DNA of 34,758 bases from a virus, in IMG/VR virus record IMGVR_UViG_3300045988_102610, positions 1 through 34,758 of that record; one strand, written 5' to 3'. This document shows positions 6,775 to 15,795 of this stretch, piece by piece. Position 1 is the first letter of the stretch. The number at the start of each line of letters is the position of its first letter. Made by a program: the position numbers and the translations under genes. The notes beneath the pieces are model-generated. The model had not been told where the DNA came from. It did no database searches and was given only the letters and a program-made list of their open reading frames with translations.

Positions 6775-9700
6775 TCAAATTAATCTTGATTTACCGTTGT
6801 GGCGTTTTTTATCAAGTTCATTTTGTCTAACCATTTCTTCAAATAGTTCTTTGCCGTTCAGCTTTGCGACGAATTCGTAACTATTACCGCCGTTATTTCT
6901 AAAGACCATTAGCAATTCATACAACCGTTTTAAATACGCCAAAATTTCCGCTTGTGTCGCTGTATCTGTACTATTATTGTTATTAATAATACTTTGCAAT
7001 TTGTTGAGCGGTGCAACTACTTCAGGATTGCCTGTGCTTGCTCCCACATTATCACCAACAACCGCGAGAGTTGGAGCCTTAACAAGTCCGCCTTTCGCCA
7101 ATTTCGGTATTTGTGGAATATCAAAACCGAATTTTTTACCGCCAATCGCGGGAACCCATTTCGGAACGTCAAAACTAATCTTATTGACGCCTTTAATTAG
7201 CGTGTTAAGTCCATCAATCAAAAAATTAATTGGTGCCTTAATAAAGCTAATAATGCCGTTAAACAAGTTCTTGAACCATTTACCGACACCGGTAAACGCT
7301 TTTTTAATCGCATTCCACGCACCTTTGAAAATGTTTCCGAACCACTCAGAAACGCTTGTAAACGGTGCTTTAATTCTGTTCCACATTCTGCGCATTGTTT
7401 TTGATACACTCTTATTTTGTGAATTAACGCCAATTAAAAAGCCTTGTGCGGTGTAACGTCCGATTTTTTGCATTACCTTTGACGGTGAGTGTATGCCTAG
7501 TGTTTTCTTTGCTTGGTTTATGTATTTTGTTGCTAATTCATTTTTGTTCGTTACTAGCTTTTTTGTGTATTCATTTGTTCCCTTTTCAAAGCCAAGACAA
7601 ACATTTTCACCCGATTTTTTAGCTTCTTTTTTTAGCTGTCCTAAAGATTTTTTAGTGTTCTTTTGCACATCATCAAGCGAAATTAAACCTTGATTGTAAG
7701 CAAGTAAAACTGCTGACGCGTCTTTATAGTTACCGTTCAATACACCTTGCATTTTTGAAAGTTCAGTTGTTTTTGTTTCAAGTTTGGCGTAACTAGCTAA
7801 CGCGTCCTTGTAAGGTTTTTCAACTTTTGATAGTTGTTTAGTGTAGCTGTTAAGCGTTGCTACTGCTCCTTGATACTTTGTATGTGTTGTCAAGTACCCA
7901 CTATCTGTACCATATGAATTTGGTTCACTGTTTTCATACCATATTAATGTATTTTTCAGTCTTTTAACTTTTTCGTCTTGCTTTTTGAGCTTTTGAATGT
8001 ATTTATCGTAATCGTTTTCGGCTTTGTTTAGTTCGGTTTTTGCCGATATTTTTGATTTCGTTGTTGTTGTTGCTAAATCGCTAATGGCTTGTTGATTAGC
8101 TAAATTCTTGTACTGTTCGATAGTCTTTTTAATTTCGGCACGAATAGTTTTTTGATTGCCTTTAAGCTTAATTGTGCCGTTTTTAGACACTTGAACATAA
8201 TTGTTCCACACCTTTGCAAAATTCGGAACGTTGTCTTTAAAGTACTTAACGATAGTGTTAAGTTGTCCCGCTTCCTCAGGTGTTAACGTTGCTTTCTTTA
8301 ACAGTTCATCAAGCTTTTTTTCGTACCCGTCAATTAAAGCGTTATCGGTGTAAACCTTGTCCAAACTGTCCATAGTTTCCGTTAAGGTTGTTTCTATATT
8401 ATCTTTAGCTTTTTCCAAATTGGATGAAAGTTCATCTATTTTTTTCGCGAATTTTCCCGCTTCTGAGGCGCTCCAAGTCAGCTGATTATATGTTCGTACA
8501 GCTGTAACAATAGCACCAATAGCTGACGCAAAGCCGAGAAAAACAGCAACAGCGGGATTTTTATTGATGAAATTAAAAAATAGACTAATAGCGCCCCTAA
8601 CTTTATCAATTCCGCTTGCGATTGTTCGTCCCGCTTTAAATACTACAATAGCAGTACCGACCGCACCGAGCGCACCCGCAATCGCACTAATATCGCCAGC
8701 ACTCATACCGTTTATAACCTGACTAACAAAATCTAAAGCGTCGCCGAGTGCTTCAACTAATTTCGGAACTGCTTTTTCAATTGTCCATTTCGCAAGAGGT
8801 AACAAGACATCTTTATAAGCTGTTTTCAACTTTTCGCCAATCGCTTTTAGTAGCTTTCTAAACGCGCCTGTAAGCTTTTCGATTGATGACATAATCGGGT
8901 ACAAGTCGAGATTTTCGAGCCAATCAAGGTGAATTTTCGACATATCAGCCACCCACCCCGTTATATCTTCAACAATACCGAGAATATCACGCCAAATTTT
9001 CTTACCCAATTGGTTCTTGTTCCAAGCGATTGTTATACGCTGTCTTAGCGCTGTAACTGAGTTATTACAGTTGCGTATAATCTTTAAAATATTAGTCCAA
9101 ATTCTAACGCCTGTTCCGTCGCTCCATACTTTGCCGAAATCGCGCGCTATAACGTCAATTAGACGAATTAAGCTGTTAACCCTATCCATAATAGATTGGA
9201 TAACCTCGTCGCCTAGTCCGCCTTTTTTCCACGCTTTAGTAAAAGCTTCTGCAATTAAGCCTATATCGTCAATACAATGTTTTAGTAATCGACGTATATT
9301 AGTTAAAATCTTATCGCCTGTGCCGTTTTTCCAAACCTTTACCCAAGATTGACCGATTGTACTTACTGCGTCTTTGATTTTGCCAAAGGTATTCTTTATA
9401 CTGTTAACAACGTCACGATACTTATTTAAAGCCTTGTCAATTGCTTTATTGCTCGTTTTTGGCTTGCCTGAAACCGTGCTAGAAGGTGTTGAATTGTTAG
9501 CGATTGAACCTGTACCGCTTGCGCTACTACTTGTTAACACGTTCAGCTTATCAAAACCCGCAAGGCTTTTTTTAGCTTTTTTCGCACTATTAGAAATGTT
9601 CTTAATCGCGTCAGAACTGTTATTAGCTTCATTTGTTAAGCTTGAAGCTGATTGAGTAGCTTTGTCGATTGAATTAGAAGTGCTTTCACTACTTGTATTT

Positions 9701-10566
9701 CCAAATACGTCGTTCATAAACGATTTGAATTTATCAGCTAATGAAGTAACGCGTCCTAACAAATCGTTAATCATTCTTAAAACGGGATTTAGCGCACTAA
9801 TTAAGCCTTGACCGATTGTAGCTTTTAAACTTTCAAAGCGTAATTGTAAAATCCTAGTTTGGTTAGCCCAACTATCCTGAGTTCTTGCAAAGTCGCCTGT
9901 TGCATTCTTCAATTGATTTTGCACAAAAGCAAAACGCAAGCTAACTTTTTCGGCTTCCGTCATTGCACTCGTTGTTTTTCCGTAACCGTTTGCAAGCGCA
10001 TAACTGTCAAGCGCGGTTTGTGTCATTACAATGCCTAAATCTTTTAGCGTTTCAGTTTCACCGCTGAACACCGATTTTAACTTTGTATATGCTTCGTCTT
10101 GTGAAATGTTATAAAAAGACGCTACGTCACCGGCTAAGCCTGTAAGCGCTGTTGACATATTATAAGCTTGTTTTTCGCTGAATCCAAACGCTTCCGCCAT
10201 TGAACCGAACGTGCCGACATACTTTTTAGCCATTGTTTCAGATAAGCCAAATTGTGCGCTTGCACTTTTCGCCCACTTGTCAACGCTTCCCGACATTGAT
10301 TTAAATGTTACGTCAACAACGTTTTGTACTTCTGCCAAGTCCGAGCCTAAGTCAATACAGCTTTTACCCATTTTGGCTATAGCTTGTCCGATTTTGCCGA
10401 CTGCAATTGCGCCGATTGCTATATTAATTTTTTTAGTCATTGAACTAAAAGAATTTGCAATTTTTGCGCCCGCGTCGTTCGCGGTGTTTTGCATATTTCC
10501 AATTGATTTTTCAAAAGGTTTTTTGTTTAATATTAAATCAATTCCGATTTGTCCTACACTTGTCAA
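6775..10566 (-). CDS. Tape measure protein
   Basis: About 1260 aa with coiled-coil regions, hydrophobic Gly/Ala-rich stretches and internal W-containing repeats (VWKNGTGDKILTNI / VWSDGTGVRIWTNI). A TTG start at 10566 follows AAAGGGGGA by 6 nt. The track start at 10638 is a GTG inside the upstream terminator hairpin. Confidence 0.9.
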   Translation of the reverse strand: MTSVGQIGIDLILNKKPFEKSIGNMQNTANDAGAKIANSFSSMTKKINIAIGAIAVGKIGQAIAKMGKSCIDLGSDLAEVQNVVDVTFKSMSGSVDKWAKSASAQFGLSETMAKKYVGTFGSMAEAFGFSEKQAYNMSTALTGLAGDVASFYNISQDEAYTKLKSVFSGETETLKDLGIVMTQTALDSYALANGYGKTTSAMTEAEKVSLRFAFVQNQLKNATGDFARTQDSWANQTRILQLRFESLKATIGQGLISALNPVLRMINDLLGRVTSLADKFKSFMNDVFGNTSSESTSNSIDKATQSASSLTNEANNSSDAIKNISNSAKKAKKSLAGFDKLNVLTSSSASGTGSIANNSTPSSTVSGKPKTSNKAIDKALNKYRDVVNSIKNTFGKIKDAVSTIGQSWVKVWKNGTGDKILTNIRRLLKHCIDDIGLIAEAFTKAWKKGGLGDEVIQSIMDRVNSLIRLIDVIARDFGKVWSDGTGVRIWTNILKIIRNCNNSVTALRQRITIAWNKNQLGKKIWRDILGIVEDITGWVADMSKIHLDWLENLDLYPIMSSIEKLTGAFRKLLKAIGEKLKTAYKDVLLPLAKWTIEKAVPKLVEALGDALDFVSQVINGMSAGDISAIAGALGAVGTAIVVFKAGRTIASGIDKVRGAISLFFNFINKNPAVAVFLGFASAIGAIVTAVRTYNQLTWSASEAGKFAKKIDELSSNLEKAKDNIETTLTETMDSLDKVYTDNALIDGYEKKLDELLKKATLTPEEAGQLNTIVKYFKDNVPNFAKVWNNYVQVSKNGTIKLKGNQKTIRAEIKKTIEQYKNLANQQAISDLATTTTKSKISAKTELNKAENDYDKYIQKLKKQDEKVKRLKNTLIWYENSEPNSYGTDSGYLTTHTKYQGAVATLNSYTKQLSKVEKPYKDALASYAKLETKTTELSKMQGVLNGNYKDASAVLLAYNQGLISLDDVQKNTKKSLGQLKKEAKKSGENVCLGFEKGTNEYTKKLVTNKNELATKYINQAKKTLGIHSPSKVMQKIGRYTAQGFLIGVNSQNKSVSKTMRRMWNRIKAPFTSVSEWFGNIFKGAWNAIKKAFTGVGKWFKNLFNGIISFIKAPINFLIDGLNTLIKGVNKISFDVPKWVPAIGGKKFGFDIPQIPKLAKGGLVKAPTLAVVGDNVGASTGNPEVVAPLNKLQSIINNNNSTDTATQAEILAYLKRLYELLMVFRNNGGNSYEFVAKLNGKELFEEMVRQNELDKKRHNGKSRLI

Positions 10567-10620
10567 TTCTCGTCCCCCTTTCTCAAAATCTGTAAAAAAA
10601 TAGCGCATATCATAAGATAC

Positions 10621-10653
10621 ACGCAAAAGAAAAGCCACCCGAAGTGGGTGGCT
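10621..10653 (-). terminator. Rho-independent terminator after the moron, directly upstream of the tape measure gene
   Basis: AGCCACCC (10633-10640) pairs with GGGTGGCT (10646-10653). On the minus strand it is followed by TTTCTTTTG. Confidence 0.75.
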
Positions 10654-10667
10654 ACTGTTTATTTAAT

Positions 10668-11018
10668 TCAAGGTTTCTTTGTTCCACAACCGCAAGAGCC
10701 GACATAATTCGCGTTAATTTTACCGCAATTCGGACATTTCCACTCATTGTAGGATGGTGTTCTATTTTCGTTAAAATCTTTTTTAAGTATCTTAACCTTT
10801 TCACTTTTTGCTCTTTCCATAGCTTTCAAATCTTCCAAATGCTCCAAGATTGTACCAATACCCGCAAAAATCAAAACAAATAAACCTGTTTCAATCCACG
10901 TTGTTAACATTGCTAAAACGCTAAAACCGCTCAGCGCTTGATTACCGTTAACAATACCGCCGATAATGCCTAAAATAGCAAAAACAACCGCTAAGACTTT
11001 AAATAAACCGCTTTTCAT
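10668..11018 (-). CDS. Moron: two-TM membrane protein with C-terminal zinc ribbon (116 aa)
   Basis: ATG at 11018 follows AAAAGGGGAA. It has hydrophobic segments LFKVLAVVFAILGIIGGIV and FSVLAMLTTWIETGLFVLIFAGIGTIL, and C-terminal CPNCGKINANYVGSCGCG. It has its own promoter and terminator. Confidence 0.7.
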   Translation of the reverse strand: MKSGLFKVLAVVFAILGIIGGIVNGNQALSGFSVLAMLTTWIETGLFVLIFAGIGTILEHLEDLKAMERAKSEKVKILKKDFNENRTPSYNEWKCPNCGKINANYVGSCGCGTKKP

Positions 11019-11051
11019 TTTAAAATTCCCCTTTTCAAATAAATTACACCT

Positions 11052-11080
11052 ATTATATAACAAAAAATATAAAATTGCAA
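11052..11080 (-). promoter_or_regulatory. Moron promoter (TTGCAA-17 nt-TATAAT)
   Basis: The -35 is at 11080-11075 and the -10 at 11057-11052 on the minus strand, just after the stop of the chaperone T frame. Confidence 0.55.
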
Positions 11081-11085
11081 TATTT

Positions 11086-11717
11086 TTATGACATTTGTAT
11101 AAAAGCGTTTTTCATTTGCTCGAGAAATTCTGCCGTCTCGTCTTGTGTCTTTTCGCTCGCTTCCTTTTTCATTCGCTTCCGTCTGTAGTCGTTACGAATT
11201 TTATGCTGAGCGGGCGTAAATGTTGCTAATACGTCTTTGTCTGTTTCAAGTCTGATTTGCACTAAATGCGCAAGGCTTGTGTTCGCTCCCAAACCCGCTA
11301 GGAGCGAAACAAATTCGCTCCAAGGCATTGTTTGAAATTCTTCTGAACGGATTGAAACCCCGTATTCCGAGCGTAAAGAAGATATGATTGTATCAAAATC
11401 TTCTATTAAGTCGTAACCGGGGTCGCTGTTTCCCCCTCGTCATCAGTAGAACCCGAAACAAGTTCGATTGCGGACGCGATAACTTGTGCGAAATCGTCAA
11501 AATTAAGGTTCATTTCTTCAATTTCTTTTTGAGATTTTTCGTCAAACATTAGCTTGAAAATTTCAAACAAATCGTTGTTAGTTGGATTTTCAAATTTTGG
11601 TAACACTTTAAGCATTGTAATTGCTCTATCGTTTACCTCAATTTCCTTATCTCTAATTTTAAGTTTTGGCTTCTCGTCAAAATTTAGCTTGTCTGTAATA
11701 TCAACAATTTTACTCAT
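11086..11717 (-). CDS. Tail assembly chaperone G-T fusion via -1 frameshift (Gp15-like T part)
   Basis: The downstream ORF is in the -1 frame relative to G. That frame is open from 11442 across the G stop. The T part (YGVSIRSEEF..MPWSEFVSLLAGL..LAHLVQIR) resembles the phage Gp15 family. Confidence 0.6.
11406..11717 (-). CDS. Tail assembly chaperone (gpG-like)
   Basis: 103 aa, acidic, between the major tail protein and the tape measure, with RBS AAGGAG. Confidence 0.75.
   Translation of the reverse strand: MSKIVDITDKLNFDEKPKLKIRDKEIEVNDRAITMLKVLPKFENPTNNDLFEIFKLMFDEKSQKEIEEMNLNFDDFAQVIASAIELVSGSTDDEGETATPVTT
11428..11438 (-). promoter_or_regulatory. Candidate slippery run GAGGGGGAAAC for the G/T frameshift
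   Basis: The G5A3 run lies inside the 2-frame overlap window. It is not a textbook X XXY YYZ heptamer in the zero frame. Confidence 0.4.
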
Positions 11718-11739
11718 TTTGTTACTCCTTATTGTATAT

Positions 11740-12177
11740 TTATGCGACCGGTGTTACTTTTGGCGCGCCGTTGCTCATTACTTCAAATTCAAGCGGTGCA
11801 ATATCGCCAGTTTCGCCACTACCGTTTGATGTTACGTTGATTACTGCATTTGTAAATTCAACTGATGTACCGTCAGGGAAAGTCCACTTAAAGTCTGTGT
11901 ATAAGTCTCTACCGTTCTTCATTGCTAAATTCGCAATATAATCATTACCAACGTCACCAATGTTACGTTTACCGCTTACAGTAATAGTTACACCCTTTGT
12001 TGTTGCTAATCTACTAACCCAACCTTTTTGGTCAAATGCGTTATACTCCTGTACGCCGTTATCAAAAGCCACGCTGTAGCCTGTCATATCTGCAATGCTT
12101 GAATATGTACCCGCTGAGCCTGTTTTCACTTGAAATTGGTTTTCATAGCAAGGGTAAATGCCTGTAGTCTTTGCCAT
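11740..12177 (-). CDS. Major tail protein
   Basis: 145 aa with good RBS GGAAG, directly upstream of the G/T chaperone pair. The sequence is beta-rich and Gly/Thr-rich. Confidence 0.8.
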   Translation of the reverse strand: MAKTTGIYPCYENQFQVKTGSAGTYSSIADMTGYSVAFDNGVQEYNAFDQKGWVSRLATTKGVTITVSGKRNIGDVGNDYIANLAMKNGRDLYTDFKWTFPDGTSVEFTNAVINVTSNGSGETGDIAPLEFEVMSNGAPKVTPVA

Positions 12178-12183
12178 TTCTTT

Positions 12184-12576
12184 TTACTTCCTTTCAAAAA
12201 ATAATTTGAACTCAATAACACGTTCGTATACTGTGCAATCTGTTCCGACATCAATCGGTTCAGGCACTAAAAGTTGTATCATATATACTTTACTGTCATT
12301 GATTGTTACATTTTTGATTGTGCGCAATTTTTCAAATAAATTACGCGCATTTACTTCTGTTTCGTTCGCGTTTTCGTTCCAATGTACCAAAACCGACACG
12401 GCTATAACATCAAAAGATAAGTCCGCCGAGCCGATACCGCGTAAGGGTTCACCGCTTGTCTTTAATGTGTACACGCCAACCGATTTTTCTTGCTTGTCGT
12501 CTAAACGTCCGATATAAAAATGTTCCGCGTCAATTAAAGTCTTTAGCCAATCGCGAACGTTAGATAATGTTATCAT
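12184..12576 (-). CDS. Tail terminator / tail completion protein (by position)
   Basis: 130 aa, immediately upstream of the major tail protein. Confidence 0.5.
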   Translation of the reverse strand: MITLSNVRDWLKTLIDAEHFYIGRLDDKQEKSVGVYTLKTSGEPLRGIGSADLSFDVIAVSVLVHWNENANETEVNARNLFEKLRTIKNVTINDSKVYMIQLLVPEPIDVGTDCTVYERVIEFKLFFERK

Positions 12577-12959
12577 AAATTAGTCAACCCTTTATAAATT
12601 TTTGCAAACGCTTCGTTGCAAAAATTCTCATATTTTCCGCCTTGCAACCACGGTTCGAGCCATTTACCACCCGCATTTTTATTTTCTTTTGTGGAAAAAT
12701 TATATTCAGGGTGATAATATAAGCGTCGCGCGTAAGGCGTCGTCGAACTTATCGTTGTTTTTCCTTGCGCTGATTCTGAGTAGTCCGCAAACGTGCTTTC
12801 GTTTTGCAAATTACCCGTATCAAACGGCATTACCTGATTGTTTTTAATCTCTGTTAATAACGCGTCAGTAGTTTGTTCAAGCGCTGTTACGCTCGCGGTG
12901 TCTAGCTTGCGTATAGCGCTTAAATTCAACTTAACCGTTGATGTTACATAATCACTCAT
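12573..12959 (-). CDS. HK97 gp10-like head-tail joining protein
   Basis: The MPFDTGNLQNES motif (P-x-DTG-x-L) and YARRLYYHPEYNF are typical of this family. ATGA overlap with the next gene. Confidence 0.6.
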   Translation of the reverse strand: MSDYVTSTVKLNLSAIRKLDTASVTALEQTTDALLTEIKNNQVMPFDTGNLQNESTFADYSESAQGKTTISSTTPYARRLYYHPEYNFSTKENKNAGGKWLEPWLQGGKYENFCNEAFAKIYKGLTNL

Positions 12960-13348
12960 TACGCCACGTCCAATTCGACAAAATTAACTGAGCCGTCAGG
13001 ATTTCGAGCCTTGACGCATTGAATAATATCGCGTTTAACGCCGTTAATAACGACATAGCCCGAACTAATAGTGTTGTTCGGGCAAAAGTCAAACGGGATA
13101 AGCAACACGCCTGTTGCCTGTACTTTCTTCCTATCTGCCGTATAAACCGTTTTTATCTTATCTTGATAATTACAGTATAACGGTGCTAAACGCTTTAAAT
13201 CGGACGGTATAAGGTCATTACGCGGGTATATTACGCGACATTCGTAAATAACCTTGGGTGCGCCGTCCTCGGTCAAGCCTTCCCCGTACACGACAATTTC
13301 AAAAGGTGTCTTGCAAAATTTCTTTAATATTAATTTAGGAAATTTCAT
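12959..13348 (-). CDS. Head closure / head-tail adaptor protein (by position)
   Basis: 129 aa with RBS GAGGTGA, in the connector block. Confidence 0.5.
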   Translation of the reverse strand: MKFPKLILKKFCKTPFEIVVYGEGLTEDGAPKVIYECRVIYPRNDLIPSDLKRLAPLYCNYQDKIKTVYTADRKKVQATGVLLIPFDFCPNNTISSGYVVINGVKRDIIQCVKARNPDGSVNFVELDVA

Positions 13349-13357
13349 TTAATCACC

Positions 13358-13687
13358 TCAAATTGCGGGATAACACAATCCTGTTGTTTTTAGCAAGGAA
13401 AATAATTCTTGCGGAATAGCCACACCGCTAACACACATTAAATTCCAACTATTACCGAACGACATTGAAACGCCGTTAATTGAATAGTTTTGCAAGTAAG
13501 AATTAATCAATTCTTCATTGTCGCGATAGAAATTAGTTAATCTGTTATGTACGTTGCTGACAATATCTTGCTGATACGTTGTAAGCTTATCAAATCGAAT
13601 TCGGTTATAAGTCAAAATATCAATGTGCATTGCGGTTGTAATCTCTGTTGTGTCGTCTGTTTTGGCTCGAATGTAATCGGCATACAT
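13358..13687 (-). CDS. Head-tail connector protein (by position)
   Basis: 109 aa, with a TAATG overlap with the capsid gene stop. Confidence 0.45.
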   Translation of the reverse strand: MYADYIRAKTDDTTEITTAMHIDILTYNRIRFDKLTTYQQDIVSNVHNRLTNFYRDNEELINSYLQNYSINGVSMSFGNSWNLMCVSGVAIPQELFSLLKTTGLCYPAI

Positions 13688-14625
13688 TAGACTACTGCTG
13701 TAGTATCTACGTCAACATAGATACTATCAATTTTACCGTCTTTGCCGTTAGGCATAATAAAAGTATCTGATAAAGAACGGTTCTGGTATAGATAGCCGTC
13801 GCCTTCTGTATGTGAACCCGGTTCAAAGAAGTAAATACTTGAAATCTTCGGCACGGTCTTACAAGTTTCCATACTAGCTACTAGCACGTTAATCTTGTGT
13901 GAACCTGTTTTTGGTTCAAAACCGCCGTTTTCAGGTTCCCAATTAAAAGCGTCATAAAAGCGCTCGTCGTCGATAACTTCCATTACAACAGTACCGTCAA
14001 TATCTGTAACTCTTGTTTCGATACCAACGCCACCTTCCGCAATCTGTGTCATTTCGATTTTTCTTGTAAAATCTGTACTTTGTTCGAGCGCGTCCATAAT
14101 TTCACTTGTAACATATGCGATAAGTGAGCCATTCTGTCTATATCTGCGTAGTTTGCCCGCGCTTAGAATGCTCTTTAGCTTGCCAAATACGTTAGTTTTA
14201 GTCCATTCACTCGCTTTAGTGCTAGAGTGATAGCCTTCAAGTGTCTGTGCCTTTGTCGCAACGCGTTCAAAAAATAGCGCGTCCGCTTCCGGCACAACCT
14301 GTGTTGATTCGAATGTTTTTGAAATATTTTCAACGCTTGCGGTTGCGTTTGTTTCGTCAACGTCTGCAACGTCAACGCTAAAGGAAACGTCTCTGTCGTG
14401 CTGACAAGTAAACGGAACATCTGTCTGTGTATATACACCCTTGTTCCAACCGCCGTTTCTGTTATGGTTCTTATAGCCTGATACACTCATCTGTGTAAAG
14501 TGAAAAGTTCTTGCGCCAACCCAACGAACGTTTGAAGTCACAAACGGTGATGTTAGCGCGCCCTGAATTAGAATTTCAATCAGTTCAGGGCTGAACTGTT
14601 CTGCATAATTATTCTTGTTTGGCAT
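13687..14625 (-). CDS. Major capsid protein
   Basis: 312 aa with strong RBS AAAGGAAGG, directly after the scaffold gene and before the connector genes. Confidence 0.8.
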   Translation of the reverse strand: MPNKNNYAEQFSPELIEILIQGALTSPFVTSNVRWVGARTFHFTQMSVSGYKNHNRNGGWNKGVYTQTDVPFTCQHDRDVSFSVDVADVDETNATASVENISKTFESTQVVPEADALFFERVATKAQTLEGYHSSTKASEWTKTNVFGKLKSILSAGKLRRYRQNGSLIAYVTSEIMDALEQSTDFTRKIEMTQIAEGGVGIETRVTDIDGTVVMEVIDDERFYDAFNWEPENGGFEPKTGSHKINVLVASMETCKTVPKISSIYFFEPGSHTEGDGYLYQNRSLSDTFIMPNGKDGKIDSIYVDVDTTAVV

Positions 14626-14646
14626 AATTTACGCCTTCCTTTCTTT

Positions 14647-15249
14647 TTAGTAGTTAAATTTGTTCCATTTTTTTGTAGGAACTGTTTTTTGTCGCTGTCT
14701 TGGCTCTGTACCTTCACCATTACCGCCGATTTTATGAACGCCATTTGCGCCGTTGTCGTTCTGCTTTTTAAATTCCGGTACCTCGTCAAGTACTTTTTGA
14801 ATTGCTGATGTTAGCTTTTCACCGTCAATTTTGCCGTCTGCTGTTGCGTCTGCAAAATCGGCAAGCTTTAAAATATAAGGCACTTTCGCAATATCGACGC
14901 CTAGCTTAACAGCTTCAACAGTTGCAAGCTGATTGACTTCCGCAGTTAAACGCGCGTTGTTAGCTGTTGTCAAATCATTCTGCATTTGTTCAAAATTTGG
15001 TGTGTTCTTTGCTTTTTGTTCTTTGAAGGTAGCTATCGCTTGCTTCACTTCTTCTTGTGACAAGCCTTGCTGTTTAAAATAGTTCTTCAACACTGTATCT
15101 TCTGTTACTGTCTGTTTGCCATTAATCAAATCCGCCAGCTTCTGATAGTCAATTTCAATTGGCTTCGGTTCGTTTGGTTTTGGCTCTGCTGGCTTAGGTT
15201 CTGTTGGTGTTGGTTCGTTTGGCTTTGGTTCTGTGTTAGGTTCTGCCAT
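14647..15249 (-). CDS. Scaffolding protein (GP20-like) with N-terminal Pro/Glu/Lys repeat
   Basis: 200 aa with N-terminal EPKPNEPTPTEPKPAEPKPNEPKP followed by a helical body. It lies upstream of the capsid gene. Confidence 0.75.
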   Translation of the reverse strand: MAEPNTEPKPNEPTPTEPKPAEPKPNEPKPIEIDYQKLADLINGKQTVTEDTVLKNYFKQQGLSQEEVKQAIATFKEQKAKNTPNFEQMQNDLTTANNARLTAEVNQLATVEAVKLGVDIAKVPYILKLADFADATADGKIDGEKLTSAIQKVLDEVPEFKKQNDNGANGVHKIGGNGEGTEPRQRQKTVPTKKWNKFNY

Positions 15250-15264
15250 TTTTCTTCTTCCTTT

Positions 15265-15340
15265 CAGTTTTTCGTGTGTCTCACGTAATCAGTTTATAGA
15301 GTGTCTCTCTAATTCAGTTTTTCGCGGTGTCTCCCGTAGT
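15265..15340. repeat. Three tandem ~25-bp repeats (cagttt..GTGTCTC..) in the scaffold 5' intergenic region
   Basis: Units at 15265-15289, 15290-15314 and 15315-15340. The GTGTCTC core is invariant. Units 1 and 2 have self-complementary flanks (CGTG/CACG and TAGAG/CTCTA). Confidence 0.8.
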
Positions 15341-15361
15341 TTAACGCCTTCGGGCAATACG

Positions 15362-15577
15362 TTATAAAGACTTAGATTTTGCTGTTTTTGTTGCCTTTTT
15401 TGGCTTTTCTTTTGCCTTTTCAGCTTCTTCTGTTTCAGCTTCTGTTTCAGCTACAACGTAATCTAGCTTTATAAGTTCTTCTGCGCGTGCTTCTGAACAT
15501 TCGTACACGTCATTAACTGCGCGTGTTACTAAATCATTCTGTAAGTCGTTAAATTCCTTAATTACTTTTACTTTCAT
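15362..15577 (-). CDS. Hypothetical protein with Lys/Glu/Ala-rich tail (71 aa)
   Basis: RBS AAAGGTGGTG. No family recognised. Confidence 0.6.
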   Translation of the reverse strand: MKVKVIKEFNDLQNDLVTRAVNDVYECSEARAEELIKLDYVVAETEAETEEAEKAKEKPKKATKTAKSKSL

Positions 15578-15593
15578 TATTTTTCACCACCTT

Positions 15594-15773
15594 TCATTGA
15601 TTATAGGTACATTTACCATTGTAAAATGCCCCACATTCAGCCTTCACACATTCCATTGGTTGATGAATAATCTTTGTCACAATATCAGTACCTGTGTTTA
15701 GATTATCATCACTAAGATGATATGTTTCTTTTTGAATTGTGGTTTCTGTCTTATCTCTATAAGGACAAATCAT
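15594..15773 (-). CDS. Hypothetical small Cys-containing protein (59 aa; not in ORF track)
   Basis: Hand translation MICPYRDKTETTIQKETYHLSDDNLNTGTDIVTKIIHQPMECVKAECGAFYNGKCTYNQ. RBS GGTGGTGA lies 4 nt before the ATG. Confidence 0.5.
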   Translation of the reverse strand: MICPYRDKTETTIQKETYHLSDDNLNTGTDIVTKIIHQPMECVKAECGAFYNGKCTYNQ

Positions 15774-15795
15774 ATTTTCACCACCCTTTTAAGCA

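Noticed and set aside
6952-10603. Long plus-strand ORFs inside the tape measure gene (6977-7456, 9017-9352, 9374-9655, 10211-10603)
   Set aside because: They are antisense shadows of a long minus-strand gene. They have low-complexity Leu/Ser/Phe-rich translations and no RBS, and they are fully nested.
14175-14789. Alternative-frame minus-strand ORFs 14175-14486 and 14580-14789 within the capsid and scaffold genes
   Set aside because: They are nested or overlapping out of frame with well-supported genes. They have no RBS, and their basic low-complexity sequences are typical of off-frame translation.
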